64,000 nt of DNA from an uncultured Nitrospiraceae bacterium (GTDB lineage: Bacteria; Nitrospirota; Thermodesulfovibrionia; Thermodesulfovibrionales; SM23-35), in NCBI GenBank assembly GCA_963727775.1, contig CAVSHB010000004.1, forward strand, positions 64,001 through 128,000, written 5' to 3'. This document shows, in pieces, positions 51,745 through 62,690 of this stretch. Below the pieces are notes generated by a model that saw only the letters and a program-made list of their open reading frames with translations, was not told the DNA's origin and searched no databases. The number at the start of each line of letters is the position of its first letter. Position 1 is the stretch's first letter. The position numbers and the translations under genes were made by a program.

Positions 51745-52548
51745 TCATTTACTGATGGTCCCCCCAAAAACCTTTCTTATCTCATTTAACAATTCCTTAT
51801 GTATCAAAGGCACGCCGGCAATGATGTTTCCTGTTGATAAATGATCTCCACTGCCTCCAAAATCCGTAACAACCCCGCCCGCTTCTTTGATCAGGATCTC
51901 TCCTGCAGCGATATCCCATGGGCTGAGACCTAACTCAAAAAAACCTTCACATCTGCCGCAGGCGAGGTAAGCAAGATCAAGTGCTGCAGAGCCGGCCCTT
52001 CTCAGGTCGCTGACCTTCATAAAGATATTCTTAAAAAGCTTCAAATACGGATCAACAAATTCTTTTTTACGAAAAGGAAATCCTGTAGTAATTAAACTGT
52101 CTTTCAGATCTTTAGCTGAAGACACCCTTATCCGGCGTTCATTCAAAAAAGCACCCTTGCCCTTTTCTGCGGTAAAAAGCTCGTTCCTTAACGGGTCAAA
52201 AACAACACCCAAAATTATATCTTTTTGGTATTCAAGGGCTATTGATACTGAAAAAAAAGGAAACCCGTGTATATAGTTAGTAGTGCCGTCCAATGGGTCT
52301 ATGATCCATCGATATCTGCCTGTCCCGGTTTCTTTTACGGATTCCTCCATCAAAAAAAGATGGTGAGGAAAATTTTTCCTAATAGTTTTTATGATGACAT
52401 CTTCGGATTCCCTGTCGACGCGCGTAACAAAATCCGATGTCTGCTTGAGCGTAATGTCTTCCGCTGATATCTTTCCGAGATTGTCGAGGATGACTTTTCC
52501 GGCAAGCCTCGCAGCCTGAACAGTAACAGCAATGAATTCATTCTTCAT
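51745..52548 (-). CDS. suhB: Inositol monophosphatase
   Basis: WIIDPLDGTTN, RRAGSAALDL, WDIAAG. Confidence 0.93.
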   Translation of the reverse strand: MKNEFIAVTVQAARLAGKVILDNLGKISAEDITLKQTSDFVTRVDRESEDVIIKTIRKNFPHHLFLMEESVKETGTGRYRWIIDPLDGTTNYIHGFPFFSVSIALEYQKDIILGVVFDPLRNELFTAEKGKGAFLNERRIRVSSAKDLKDSLITTGFPFRKKEFVDPYLKLFKNIFMKVSDLRRAGSAALDLAYLACGRCEGFFELGLSPWDIAAGEILIKEAGGVVTDFGGSGDHLSTGNIIAGVPLIHKELLNEIRKVFGGTISK

Positions 52549-53111
52549 GGAATCCGGAGCACCCTTTTATCAGTAACAAGCATGTCCACTTTCACATCGT
52601 GTTCCTCTGAGGGGATAGAGTCAACAATCTGTTCTTCATACGCAAGCGCGATAACAGCGACATCCTTCTTTTTATTCGACAACAGGATATCATAATATCC
52701 CGCCCCGTATCCGAGCCTGTTCCCTGACAAGTCAAATCCCGCGCCGGGGACAATAATAATATCTATCTCTTCAAGTTCAGCAAGCCTTTCACCTTGCGCA
52801 GGCGGTTCAGGGATGCCCATATAACCGGAGGTTAATTCAGTCACGTCTTTTATTTCATACAAAACCAAGACGTGCCTATCCGCAGCTACCTTAGGAAGCA
52901 AAACACGTTTGCCCATGCCGAGCGACTCTTGCATCATGCTCAAGGTGTTCACTTCGGACCTGAATGAAGCGTAAAAAAAAATTGTTTGTGCATTAGTGAA
53001 TTCAGGCGTTGAATAAAGCCTTTTCTTTATGAGAGAGTCCTTTTGCGCTTTCAGGTCAGGCGGGATCTCATCCCTTTTTCTTAACACTTCTCTTCTTATC
53101 GCTTTTTTCAT
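52545..53111 (-). CDS. 5-formyltetrahydrofolate cyclo-ligase
   Basis: VPGAGFD..GNRLGYGAGYYD, HDVKVD. Confidence 0.95.
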   Translation of the reverse strand: MKKAIRREVLRKRDEIPPDLKAQKDSLIKKRLYSTPEFTNAQTIFFYASFRSEVNTLSMMQESLGMGKRVLLPKVAADRHVLVLYEIKDVTELTSGYMGIPEPPAQGERLAELEEIDIIIVPGAGFDLSGNRLGYGAGYYDILLSNKKKDVAVIALAYEEQIVDSIPSEEHDVKVDMLVTDKRVLRIP

Positions 53112-53377
53112 CTTGAAACAGTTTTAATGGAACTTGGATTTTATGTATATTTAAGTTTACTTTTAATTGACAGTTTTGGGAAGTATTTTACATTACAGTT
53201 CAATACAACTTTGGGCTAAATCAGGGTGGTATGTTTCACTCCGTAATATGGCGTCCATGTTTGCGACTGTCACCTACAAGCCAATGCATTTAACCAATCA
53301 GAAATAATGAAGATTATCGATTGTAATACACATAATAAACCGAGATAGACAGTATTGTGAAAACCATCACTACGGAA

Positions 53378-53680
53378 TTACTTACGTTTTAAAGGAATGA
53401 CCTTCTTTCTGCTTTTCTTGCTTTTAGGGGAATCCCATTCTTTTGTACTGGTATAAACCGTGCAGACTTGTTTCTTCTCACAGGCATAGCAATACCCATC
53501 GCAGCTGTCATCAACGTAACTAAACCCCAACTCAGAAAGTATTTTGCTGAACTGTTCAGGGTCATGCACATATTGATCAAACTTCTCAACCATTTCTTCA
53601 AAACTTAGCTTTTTTCCTGATGGTTTTATCGGAGTGATTTTTCTTTTCCCGTTGAAGGGATCAGGTTTTTTTGATTTCAA
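53378..53680 (-). CDS. Hypothetical protein with Cys cluster
   Basis: 100-aa ORF, CDGYCYAC..C. Confidence 0.5.
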   Translation of the reverse strand: MKSKKPDPFNGKRKITPIKPSGKKLSFEEMVEKFDQYVHDPEQFSKILSELGFSYVDDSCDGYCYACEKKQVCTVYTSTKEWDSPKSKKSRKKVIPLKRK

Positions 53681-53856
53681 GATAACATATCCTTAAAAAG
53701 CGTGGAAATACCATCGAGTCTACTATTCCATTTCAATCTTAAGCCTCCACATCCAGGATAGAGGTTATTTTTGTTGCCGTCACCAATGTTCAGACTCAGA
53801 CTCGTTATAAACCACATACAAGAAAATTTTGAGGTGAAGGAAAAAATCGTTCTTAA

Positions 53857-54216
53857 TTAATTTGATTTCATAACCACGACATCAGCAACAAGCTCCTTGC
53901 CATTATTTGCTGACTTCGTTACTTTCTTGAGAGTGAAATCTTTTCCGCAAACTAATTTTGCAACGTCTTCTGCTTTTAGGTTAGAAAATTGCCCTTGAGC
54001 TACAGTCCATGTTACTGGCCCCAAAGTAACTGCTTTGCCTTCGGCATATCCTGCCACCATTGCGGTAACATTCCCTGTTCCGTTGTCATATATTGCTCCT
54101 AGTCTTCCCGAAACTGCGGAGACTGATGAATCTGCATAAGCCAGAGTTGCTCCGATGGAAACCGTTACTAATAACAAAACACTGAACAATAATCTCACTT
54201 TGCTCTTTTTACACAT
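53857..54216 (-). CDS. Secreted hypothetical protein
   Basis: Signal peptide ending AYA; RBS GAGGGG. Confidence 0.7.
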   Translation of the reverse strand: MCKKSKVRLLFSVLLLVTVSIGATLAYADSSVSAVSGRLGAIYDNGTGNVTAMVAGYAEGKAVTLGPVTWTVAQGQFSNLKAEDVAKLVCGKDFTLKKVTKSANNGKELVADVVVMKSN

Positions 54217-54392
54217 TTCACCCCTCGCTTTTTTCTCGACAAAAGTTTGTAAGAGAAAATCTGATCCCCCAAAACATTTCTTCCTTCACCTCTCATCCAT
54301 GCCCATATGTCTCCGTAGTCACCAACACTTTTCAATATTTCTATTGAATTTTGTTTAGTCATAATAATTCCCTTGATATGTATTTGATCAAT

Positions 54393-54827
54393 TCAATTGG
54401 CAAATAATTCAAATACTTCTTTAAATTCTTCAGAGAGATTCACAAATTCACCGAGTTGGGGATCGACATCTGTTCTATACCGGCTTTTTTCATGTTCATC
54501 CAATAAATCTATAAGTCCCTTTATCTTTTCCTGTGAATCATCTGTGAATTTCAAGCCAGCTGTAAATATGGGAATAATATTGCCTTTATGATCGGCTTTG
54601 GATTCAGTCAATAAAGACCATACGACAACCACTTTTATCCGTATGTCAATCTCTTTAGTTTCCATCTGGAGTAGATACTCTTTCCCAATATTCAATCGCC
54701 TATCGGCTTTCAATGAGGTTCCTCCCATACTTAAATTATTAATTATCACCTCATCGGCCAAAGCTATTTTGACATTGATTTCAAGGTCATTTATTTTGTG
54801 CCTCTTATATTTTCTCTTATCTTCCAT
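54393..54827 (-). CDS. PilZ domain protein
   Basis: RKYKR, NLSMGG. Confidence 0.8.
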   Translation of the reverse strand: MEDKRKYKRHKINDLEINVKIALADEVIINNLSMGGTSLKADRRLNIGKEYLLQMETKEIDIRIKVVVVWSLLTESKADHKGNIIPIFTAGLKFTDDSQEKIKGLIDLLDEHEKSRYRTDVDPQLGEFVNLSEEFKEVFELFAN

Positions 54828-54930
54828 ATCATTTATCTAAGACATTGTTGGCATATCGGAGAGATTCAGCTTATATTTTAGAGTTTTCAACAAGAGAAGC
54901 AATCCTACCTGGGTAGGGGGAGATATTTTT

Positions 54931-55533
54931 TTATTTTTTAAGTATTTGGTCTGGATTTTGCTGCTCGGAAGAATATATGAGGGTTCGCATAAGTGCCATT
55001 CTGTTTTCAACACCTATTTTCACATAAATGTTGCTCAGATGGTCTTTTACAGTCTGTTCTGTTATTTCAACATCCTCTGCAATTTCAGTGTTTTTTAAGC
55101 CATCGAGGACACGTCTAAGAATATCTGTTTCCTTTCTTGTCAATCTGTATTGCCGTCTTATTTCATTCATTTCCAATTTATTTGAAATCTTTTCTTCCAT
55201 AATGAATATTACAACAAGCGGGTTTGGGGGTTCACATATCAAAACACTAAACCTCCAATTGCTCGGAGAGCCATCAAACTTTTTTGTAAAATGGACTTCT
55301 CCTGGAAATAGTTCATTAATTTTAGATGCTTTTATGGCATAAAAAATTCTTCTGTTTAGAGTTGTTATCTCATCTGGAAGTTTCTGTCTGTTGAGAAAAT
55401 ATCTCGCTTGCCTATTACTGTAGACAATATCCAGTTTCTCATCAAAGACAATGACACCTGTGGGTATTTTATAAAGGATATGATCGGTAAGCTGATTGTT
55501 GAAGCACAGGTTATCAGTGTTCATCAACTTCAC
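54931..55533 (-). CDS. PAS-like + LuxR HTH regulator
   Basis: LTRKE..GLKNTEIA..TVKDHLSNIY. Confidence 0.88.
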   Translation of the reverse strand: MKLMNTDNLCFNNQLTDHILYKIPTGVIVFDEKLDIVYSNRQARYFLNRQKLPDEITTLNRRIFYAIKASKINELFPGEVHFTKKFDGSPSNWRFSVLICEPPNPLVVIFIMEEKISNKLEMNEIRRQYRLTRKETDILRRVLDGLKNTEIAEDVEITEQTVKDHLSNIYVKIGVENRMALMRTLIYSSEQQNPDQILKK

Positions 55534-55767
55534 CTATATTCTACAATTCCTATAAAGTTCCGCTCTTGTTGGACACAAACAAGCATAGGAATCTCCAAAT
55601 GAAAGTTTATAAGAACAAAACCCTGATTTTATTGTTTCCAGAACGCATAACCCTCCAATACATCTGTCAACGTTACAGACATCCCTTGTTTCCTCATTTA
55701 AACATTTGAAATCAAATGCACATTTTGTAGTTTGCTTGAGAATTTCTTCACTAACTTTAAAAGCCAT
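55534..55767 (-). CDS. Small Cys-rich hypothetical protein
   Basis: 77 aa with many Cys, CLCPTR. Confidence 0.6.
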   Translation of the reverse strand: MAFKVSEEILKQTTKCAFDFKCLNEETRDVCNVDRCIGGLCVLETIKSGFCSYKLSFGDSYACLCPTRAELYRNCRI

Positions 55768-55983
55768 ACCTTCTATTCAACCTCCTTTTCATACCGCCCG
55801 ATCTCAGCGGTTAATGCATAGAGTATATCAAATATCCGCCGCACAATAGGTACTGCAGGAGGAATATTGCTATTACACGTAACTTTGATTGCCCCCTCCT
55901 CCCCCCCACATTTATTTTCGCGAGAAACCTTGCGTCTGTAATAAGAACGCTACTGTGTTGAAGAGGAAGAAGCGCTTGTTAGT

Positions 55984-56259
55984 TTATTCTTTTATTCTCG
56001 AAAGTCTGTAGGTCACGAAGCCGTCCGGACAAACTATATTAACGTAATCAGCCTTCTCCCACTCCATCTTCTCTGACCACCGCATGGCAAATGCCATTGG
56101 ATGTATGGAAGCAAATGCCCGACCGCACATCCCTCCGGGTTCAGGTGTTCGAGCTGTCAGGATATAAGTTTCTCCCTTTCGGCATTTGGCTGAACCTGGG
56201 CAAGTTCCGGATTCACTGCGGACATCAACAGCTTCACATCTGATTTTATAATTAGCCAT
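55984..56259 (-). CDS. TIGR04076-like small Cys protein
   Basis: GTCP..GMCGRAF..CPDG; RBS GGAGG. Confidence 0.7.
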   Translation of the reverse strand: MANYKIRCEAVDVRSESGTCPGSAKCRKGETYILTARTPEPGGMCGRAFASIHPMAFAMRWSEKMEWEKADYVNIVCPDGFVTYRLSRIKE

Positions 56260-56300
56260 CCCTACCTCCTTTGTATTGAATAGTGAATATGGGGAATGCC

Positions 56301-56969
56301 GTTGGAGAGTAGACCAGCGGAACTTCCCCGCCAGCCCCTCGCAGAACCGGACGTGAGCCTCTCGACTCATACGGCTCCCATTATTCTGTCGCTAACCTTA
56401 GCGGCTTTGTTTTATTCGATAAATCCTCCCATCTCTGGTTGTCAGTCAAATAAAACTGAATAACTCAACCCCTTCGCTCCATCCCCATTACAGGGACCTC
56501 TTCGCTACTACGAGTTGCCCCGCCCCTGTTCTCCGCATCAGTACTCTCATCCTTGGGGGTCTGCCCCTTGGATTTCTCCCTTTACATCGGAGCGACAGGT
56601 TCCCACAGTTCCACACAAAAGCCTGAATCAGACTCGCGCCACCTATATGCCGGACACCATCCATCCAGTAAACAGGTTCCCGATGGATTTATCCCAAGAT
56701 AAGTACAAGACCCTGGTTTTGATGTCATCCCCGTGCTTTCGACACGTCATCGATGGTTTACTTTCATTCGCCTTTCTGATTCACACATGACGCATTATAT
56801 TGCGCCTTTTCCCATGACGCTCAGTACCTTGGCTCTTTACCAAAGCACCCCATGGCTGTTTAAAGCCTGTCCCTGTAGACCGGCTCTGGAGGGCCTTCCT
56901 CCATCTCTTGTGCAGCTTATGCACAATTTGGTTCTTACATGAGAACCTTCTTGTGCGCCTGCGGCGCAC
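56301..56969 (-). ncRNA. ORF-less group II intron
   Basis: 5' GTGCG at 56969; domain V GAGCCGTATGAGTCGAGAGGCTCACGTCCGGTTC; domain VI; 3' end ..CCAAC at 56301. Confidence 0.88.
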
Positions 56970-57014
56970 TGTACCATGCATAATTATATCAGGGTTCAGG
57001 CGTGTTGAGTTCAG

Positions 57015-58627
57015 CTTACTATAAGGAAGAGGGAAAGACATGGCAATCTCGAACTGTTAAAGTTGAATATCCAAACAACATAACAGAAAGGAGAGATCAC
57101 CATGTCTGAGAAAGATTATAACAAGCAGGTAGCAAAGCGTGAAAGGATTAGTAGGGAGACCCTGGTCATAGGAGTGGACGTAGGGAATGCATGGAATGCG
57201 GTGGGGTTCATGAACAAAGAGGGCAACGTGTTGGGGAGTTGCGCCAAACTGTACAACAACCGTGAAGGATTTGAGCAGTTTGTAAAGATGACAGAGGGTT
57301 TTAAAGCAAAGTATGGCATGAACGGCGTGCTCATTGGGATGGAACCGACAGGGCACTACTGGAGGAAGCTTGCCTACTTTGGAAAAGAGAAGGGTTATGA
57401 AGTTCGGTTTGTACGGACTACGGCCCTGAAGCATCATCGGGAACTTGACGAGAGTTCCTCTGCAAAGAGCGATAAAAGAGATGCATTGACCATAACGAAT
57501 ATCACCAGAGAGGGTAAATATATCGATACCGTAATTGAAGACGGGGTGGTAAGACAGCTAAGGACATTGTCGAAAGTAAGGGAGAGACTCTTGAGATATA
57601 GCGTGGGAGCGAAAAATGCGCTTCATGCTGCACTGGATGACTATTTCCCTGAGCTGCATGAGATATTTTGGTCAATGAATTCCCGGAGTTTATGGGCAAT
57701 CCTTGATTTGTGTCCGTTTCCCGAGGATGTGGTATCGATGAAACACGCAGTTATCAAGGAACTGATCGCCCACAGCTCAAGGAAGAAGGCGGGAGCAGCC
57801 GAAAAAGCAAAAGCTCTCCAGCAGGCAGCAATAAAGAGCATTGGAGTAAAACGAATCGGCAGTACGGATCGCTACAGGGTAAAGATATGTCTGGAAGAAG
57901 TGAAACGGACCGTACTGATGCTCAAGGATATTGACCGACAGATGAAAAGCACACTAAAGGAGATCCCCTATTCGGAGTATTTATTGAGCATCCCAGGTAT
58001 AGGCCCCCTTTCAGCCGCTATCTTCTTAGGAGAGTTAGGAGACCCGGCGTATTTTCAAAACGCCCGTCAGATCGTCAAATATGCAGGATATGATCCACAG
58101 GAGAGCGATTCCGGTTATAGGATAAGCCGCAAGTTCATATCCAAAAAGGGACGCTGGCTCTTAAGGAAGTGTCTTTTCTTTATGAGCATGAGGGTGGTAG
58201 TCCTCACCAACTATTTTCAAGAATATTATCAACGAAAATTGCAGACAAAGAACCGGTTTGGTCAACTGCCGAGGAAGAAAGAGATCCTGTGCGCAGTAGC
58301 AATAAAGCTGATCAAGCTAATCTTTGCACTCTTAAGAGACAAACGGAGATTTCAGGATACGGTAACAATTGCTGCTTAGTATATGGGAGTAAACAGTGGT
58401 TGTGGTGGAAGAAGGACCGTGCTTCTTCGTAAGCTAAAAAGAAGGCTTGTAGGATTCAGCTTGGTCAACTTCCACCATCCTTTCGACCTGAATAAGGTAA
58501 GTTGAGCTATAAGGCTCGTAGAACAAAAGAGGTTAGGTGAAAAGGTAAAAGGTTGAAGTAACACCACAACCATTTCAGCTTTAACAGAGAAAGACAAGAA
58601 AAAAACTTGACTTCTTCCTTAGAAGAG
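57015..58627 (+). mobile_element. IS110-family element (recombinase 57102..58379); ends approximate
   Basis: GVDV, MEPTG, KSDKRD, SIPGIG, SDSG; subterminal TAAGGAAGA/TCTTCCTTA. Confidence 0.88.
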
Positions 58628-58642
58628 GAAGATATTGATTCA

Positions 58643-58909
58643 TTAATATTTTTTACCGAAATCCTGCCTGGTCAACAGTCTAACGACTGTAACAGTATTA
58701 CTTTTCCATTCAAAGACTACCCTGTAATCCCCTATCCTCAAGCGATATATATCTTTATATCCTTTGAGTTTCTTGATATGCTTACCATCCGGATGAGGAT
58801 TTGTTTCGAGTCTCAAACATGATGAAAGGATTTGGGCTATCTCGTCTTCAGATAGATCATATAAGTCCTTCTGTGCCTTTTCAGTAAAGACGACCCTGAA
58901 TTCAGGCAC
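58643..58909 (-). CDS. RelE/ParE toxin
   Basis: KKLKG..YRLRIGDYRVVF. Confidence 0.9.
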   Translation of the reverse strand: MPEFRVVFTEKAQKDLYDLSEDEIAQILSSCLRLETNPHPDGKHIKKLKGYKDIYRLRIGDYRVVFEWKSNTVTVVRLLTRQDFGKKY

Positions 58910-59162
58910 GCTTTCTTGCTTTTATGATATTTCTCAAGGGTATAATTTTTCCCTCTCTGCTGTCTCTCAGCCCTTCTTCAATTTTTTTTCGGATACCGGG
59001 GCTATGCTGAATCATATAATCCTCAATCGTATCTTCGCTGAGTGGATATATAACGGCAGCAGGTTTGCCTCGTTTGGTGATGATTACATCCTCCCCCTTT
59101 TCAACAAGCCTGATAATGCCGGAAGCATCTTTCTGGAGTTCTTTCACATTTGCAAATTTCAT
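58902..59162 (-). CDS. Phd/YefM antitoxin
   Basis: NVKEL..VIITKRGKPAAV. Confidence 0.9.
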   Translation of the reverse strand: MKFANVKELQKDASGIIRLVEKGEDVIITKRGKPAAVIYPLSEDTIEDYMIQHSPGIRKKIEEGLRDSREGKIIPLRNIIKARKRA

Positions 59163-59339
59163 AAATTACCTCGTATGTAGTTTTGTATATACATTAAAAT
59201 ATTTATTGCGATCTGTCAACAGCACATTTATCCGGATTCAACCGCAATGCTTCTGCCCGTATTTTACCCAAGCCTCATGCTCAACTTCTTCCCGAGCACA
59301 AGTAACACTTAAATTCCATAAAAATTATATAATTACATT

Positions 59340-60038
59340 ATGGTCTCATCAACCGAAATAATCCTCAGGCTATTGCTCGGCGCGCTCATCGGCGGGATAA
59401 TAGGGTATGAAAGACAGATCCACGGCAGGCCCGCCGGGTTCAGGACCCATATACTTGTCTGCATCGCTTCTGTCCTGTTAATGCTCGTCTCCGAATACTA
59501 CCATTATCTCAGCATATTAGATCCTTCATACGCAAGGGTTGACCCCGGAAGAATTGCAGCGGGCGCAATAACCGGCGTAGGGTTTCTCGGAGCGGGAGTC
59601 GTATTAAAAACAGGCTTTACAATCCAGGGATTGACCACTGCCGCATGTATCTGGGTTGTATCTGCAATAGGGCTTGCAGTCGGCAGCGGCCTTTATCTCG
59701 CGGGTATCGTTACTTTCCTGATAACAATTACCACCCTTTCCTTTTTAAGAATTGCTGAAAGAAAGATGCCCAGGCTATCTTCCAGATTTCTGGTCCTGAC
59801 CGGAGACGAGAACGCAAGCGAACAGGAAATTGTCTCTATTATTCAGAAGTACGGCTTGTCTATAAAAAATATAGATTATGAAAAGGCTATTGACAGTAAA
59901 AAGACAGTGTTTCACTTTTCCGTTACCTTTTACAACCAAGGTTCGATTAAGGCATTGCTGGATGAACTCTCCGCGCTCAGTTTTATGAAAAGAATCAGCA
60001 TAAAAAGCCGGAATTATGAGCAGCATAACGATTTTTAA
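59340..60038 (+). CDS. MgtC/SapB family protein
   Basis: IGYER..AGFRTH, GVGFLGAG, GLTTAA. Confidence 0.93.
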   Translation: MVSSTEIILRLLLGALIGGIIGYERQIHGRPAGFRTHILVCIASVLLMLVSEYYHYLSILDPSYARVDPGRIAAGAITGVGFLGAGVVLKTGFTIQGLTTAACIWVVSAIGLAVGSGLYLAGIVTFLITITTLSFLRIAERKMPRLSSRFLVLTGDENASEQEIVSIIQKYGLSIKNIDYEKAIDSKKTVFHFSVTFYNQGSIKALLDELSALSFMKRISIKSRNYEQHNDF

Positions 60039-61057
60039 CGGATGCCGATATACAGCACAACGGCGTATATAAGGTAAAGCCCCCCGCCGAAAAGCAGCGT
60101 GAACGGCGACAGCCGTTTTATGAAGGTCAATTCCATAAGAGCGATAAATGCAGAAGTAAGCGCGATCACAGCGGATAATTTCGCCATGCCGGTCAGTTGC
60201 CACTCGGTAAACAATAACCCGACAGTGACGGGAAAGGTGGATTGAAAAACCATTGCTCCTGTTATATTTCCTATAGCAAGCGTATCTCTGCCCTTCCATG
60301 TCCATGTAATGCTGTTGACCTTCTCCGGAAGTTCTGTCGCAACAGGCGCAAGTATCAGTGCAAAAAGTAAAGGGTCCATGCCGAACCGCAAAGCCACGTG
60401 CTCAAGGCCTGCAACAAATGTATGTGCGCCGAATATCATTATGAACAGGGAGCCGGCGACCTGCGTCGCAATTAAAAGAACGTGAGGCTCCTCAGAATGT
60501 ATCAAGCCCGTTTTCCTGATAATTTTCGATAGATACATCTCCCCAGGATATTCTATATCGGCGCTTTCATCCCTGAAGGTCCGATAGACATAGAATATAT
60601 ACCCGCCGATAAGGATGATGGAGAGCGGTATGGCGAACGACTTTCCACCCACGACCGGCGTCAAAATCGCGGCAGAGTACATAACTAAAAAAAAGAAGAG
60701 ATCTCTTTTAGTAGAATGGGCCTCGATATTAATTTGAAATCTTCGTCTTTTCTTAATAGACGATACGATTACCGTCACTCCGACTAAAAAAAATGCCAGA
60801 GTTGAGAGCATGAACGGGGCGCCGAGTATCGCTCCGACCCCAATATCCTTGGCCGATCCCCCGGTATAAAATAATATCGCGACGATAGGTAGTATGGTCT
60901 CGGGCAGAGCGGTGCCCACCGCGGCAAGGAGGCTTCCCACAACGGCCTGGGAAAGCTTAAACCTTTGGCCGAACTTTTCTATACCATTCGTAAACCCTTC
61001 AGAGGAAATTAATATCAACAAAATGCCTATAAGAAGAAAGAGAACCTCACCAGTCAT
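60035..61057 (-). CDS. Sodium:calcium antiporter family
   Basis: GTALPE and ATELPE alpha-repeats. Confidence 0.88.
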   Translation of the reverse strand: MTGEVLFLLIGILLILISSEGFTNGIEKFGQRFKLSQAVVGSLLAAVGTALPETILPIVAILFYTGGSAKDIGVGAILGAPFMLSTLAFFLVGVTVIVSSIKKRRRFQINIEAHSTKRDLFFFLVMYSAAILTPVVGGKSFAIPLSIILIGGYIFYVYRTFRDESADIEYPGEMYLSKIIRKTGLIHSEEPHVLLIATQVAGSLFIMIFGAHTFVAGLEHVALRFGMDPLLFALILAPVATELPEKVNSITWTWKGRDTLAIGNITGAMVFQSTFPVTVGLLFTEWQLTGMAKLSAVIALTSAFIALMELTFIKRLSPFTLLFGGGLYLIYAVVLYIGIR

Positions 61058-61138
61058 TAATGTATTAATGTAAAAAACGGGCAGGGAGAAGATTTTATAA
61101 CGACGTCAGGTCCAGGGTCAACACACGCAAGAACTTTT

Positions 61139-61924
61139 TCAGCCTTCATAGGCCAACGCTTCTTCGATCCTCTTCTTTAATTCTTTCACCTCCCGGACCG
61201 TATCAGGTGCATATGTATACGGGGATGAACCCTTTATATCGGCCTCCATGACGGCATGGCTTGATGTGATCGATCCGATGACGTCCATTTTTCCGATATG
61301 CTCTTTGATGAATTGAAGGTCCTCCGGTCCTCTCACTTTATTTGCGACGACAAAGACTTTTTTGACACCGAGCACTTTTGCCATTGCATGAACGGTCCTT
61401 GCGGTCTGCATGCTTCTCTGCCCCGGTTCTACCACAACGATAAAAGCATCTACATACTCAGAGGTGCCCCTTGTAAGATGCTCGATACCCGCCTCCATGT
61501 CTACGATCACAACTTCGCTTCTTCCAACTATGAGATGCTTGAGAAGACTGCGTAATAGCACGTTCTCAGGGCAATAGCAGCCTGAAGCCGCGTCCTTCAT
61601 CTTTCCCATAGTGAGCAGGATAATACCCTCCATACGGTATCCTATACCCTCAGGAAGGTCATCGACCTTCGGATTAAGCTTGAACATCCCGCCGATACTT
61701 CCAGGTCTGACTCCTGTCCGCTCTTCTATAAGGTCAGACATGTCCGCTATCGGTCTTATCTTCAAGGCTTCTTCGACCGGGACGCCCAGGGCCGAAGCCA
61801 GATTTGCATCAGGGTCTGCATCGACGGCAATAACTCTTTTACCCTCTTCGGCATATAGATAGACCAATAGGGACGCCAAAGTTGTCTTACCTACTCCGCC
61901 TTTTCCTGTTATTGCAATCTTCAT
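61139..61924 (-). CDS. cooC: CO dehydrogenase nickel-insertion ATPase
   Basis: GKGGVGKT, GCYC, DMEAGIEHL.RGT. Confidence 0.9.
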   Translation of the reverse strand: MKIAITGKGGVGKTTLASLLVYLYAEEGKRVIAVDADPDANLASALGVPVEEALKIRPIADMSDLIEERTGVRPGSIGGMFKLNPKVDDLPEGIGYRMEGIILLTMGKMKDAASGCYCPENVLLRSLLKHLIVGRSEVVIVDMEAGIEHLTRGTSEYVDAFIVVVEPGQRSMQTARTVHAMAKVLGVKKVFVVANKVRGPEDLQFIKEHIGKMDVIGSITSSHAVMEADIKGSSPYTYAPDTVREVKELKKRIEEALAYEG

Positions 61925-62026
61925 AACATACAGGTTTCAAGGATTCGAGCCGTTAAGATCAAGGTCCAAGTAGTTCTTCCATTATCTTTTTTCACTTGAG
62001 TCCTGCCCCATGAATTCTTCTTATTG

Positions 62027-62620
62027 TCACAAAACTTTCTTGGTCGACGGCACACCCTTCACCCTCGGATCAATCGTTACCGCCTGCCTGAGCGCTCTGC
62101 CCAGGGCCTTGAATATCGCTTCTATAATGTGATGTATATTCCTGCCATACGGGGATTCTACATGCAGGGTTATACTGCTGTTGCCCACAAAGGCCTGAAG
62201 AAAATCTTCTATAAGGTCCGCATCAAAATTCTTTATCCTGCTTTTCCTGGGGAATTCGACCTTATAGACCAAATACGGCCTACCGCTGATATCGAGACTG
62301 ACCACTGCAATAGCTTCGTCCATAGGCACGGATGCATGGCCGTATCTTGTTATCCCTTTCATGTCCCCGAGTGCCTGCTTTACCGCCTTTCCAAGCACTA
62401 TGCCGACATCTTCGACGGTATGATGATAATCGACGTCTATATCTCCTTTTGCCTTTATCTTCATATCAAGAAGACCGTGTTTGCTCATCAGTGAAAGCAT
62501 GTGATCAAGGAACGGTATGGAAGTATGTATTGCGGAACTTCCCCCACCGTCGAGATTGATTTCCGCCTTAACATCCGTCTCTTTTGTCTTCCTCTCTACT
62601 TTAGCTGTCCTCATTTTCAT
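62027..62620 (-). CDS. hisB: Imidazoleglycerol-phosphate dehydratase
   Basis: FLDHML, HHTVED, PMDE, HHIIE. Confidence 0.97.
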   Translation of the reverse strand: MKMRTAKVERKTKETDVKAEINLDGGGSSAIHTSIPFLDHMLSLMSKHGLLDMKIKAKGDIDVDYHHTVEDVGIVLGKAVKQALGDMKGITRYGHASVPMDEAIAVVSLDISGRPYLVYKVEFPRKSRIKNFDADLIEDFLQAFVGNSSITLHVESPYGRNIHHIIEAIFKALGRALRQAVTIDPRVKGVPSTKKVL

Positions 62621-62690
62621 CCTTTTGCCTTATTGATAAATTACTTCACAGGGTTAAATATTTTTTTTAAAACTGTCTGCATTATCCGGG

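Noticed and set aside
53112..53377. 6S RNA upstream of the 5-formyl-THF cyclo-ligase gene
   Set aside because: Expected from common synteny, but no long self-complementary rod is visible.
56260..57041. ORFs overlapping the intron (56515..56790, 56733..56942, 56781..57041, extension of 55984..56370)
   Set aside because: No RT motifs; these are incidental frames across the ribozyme.
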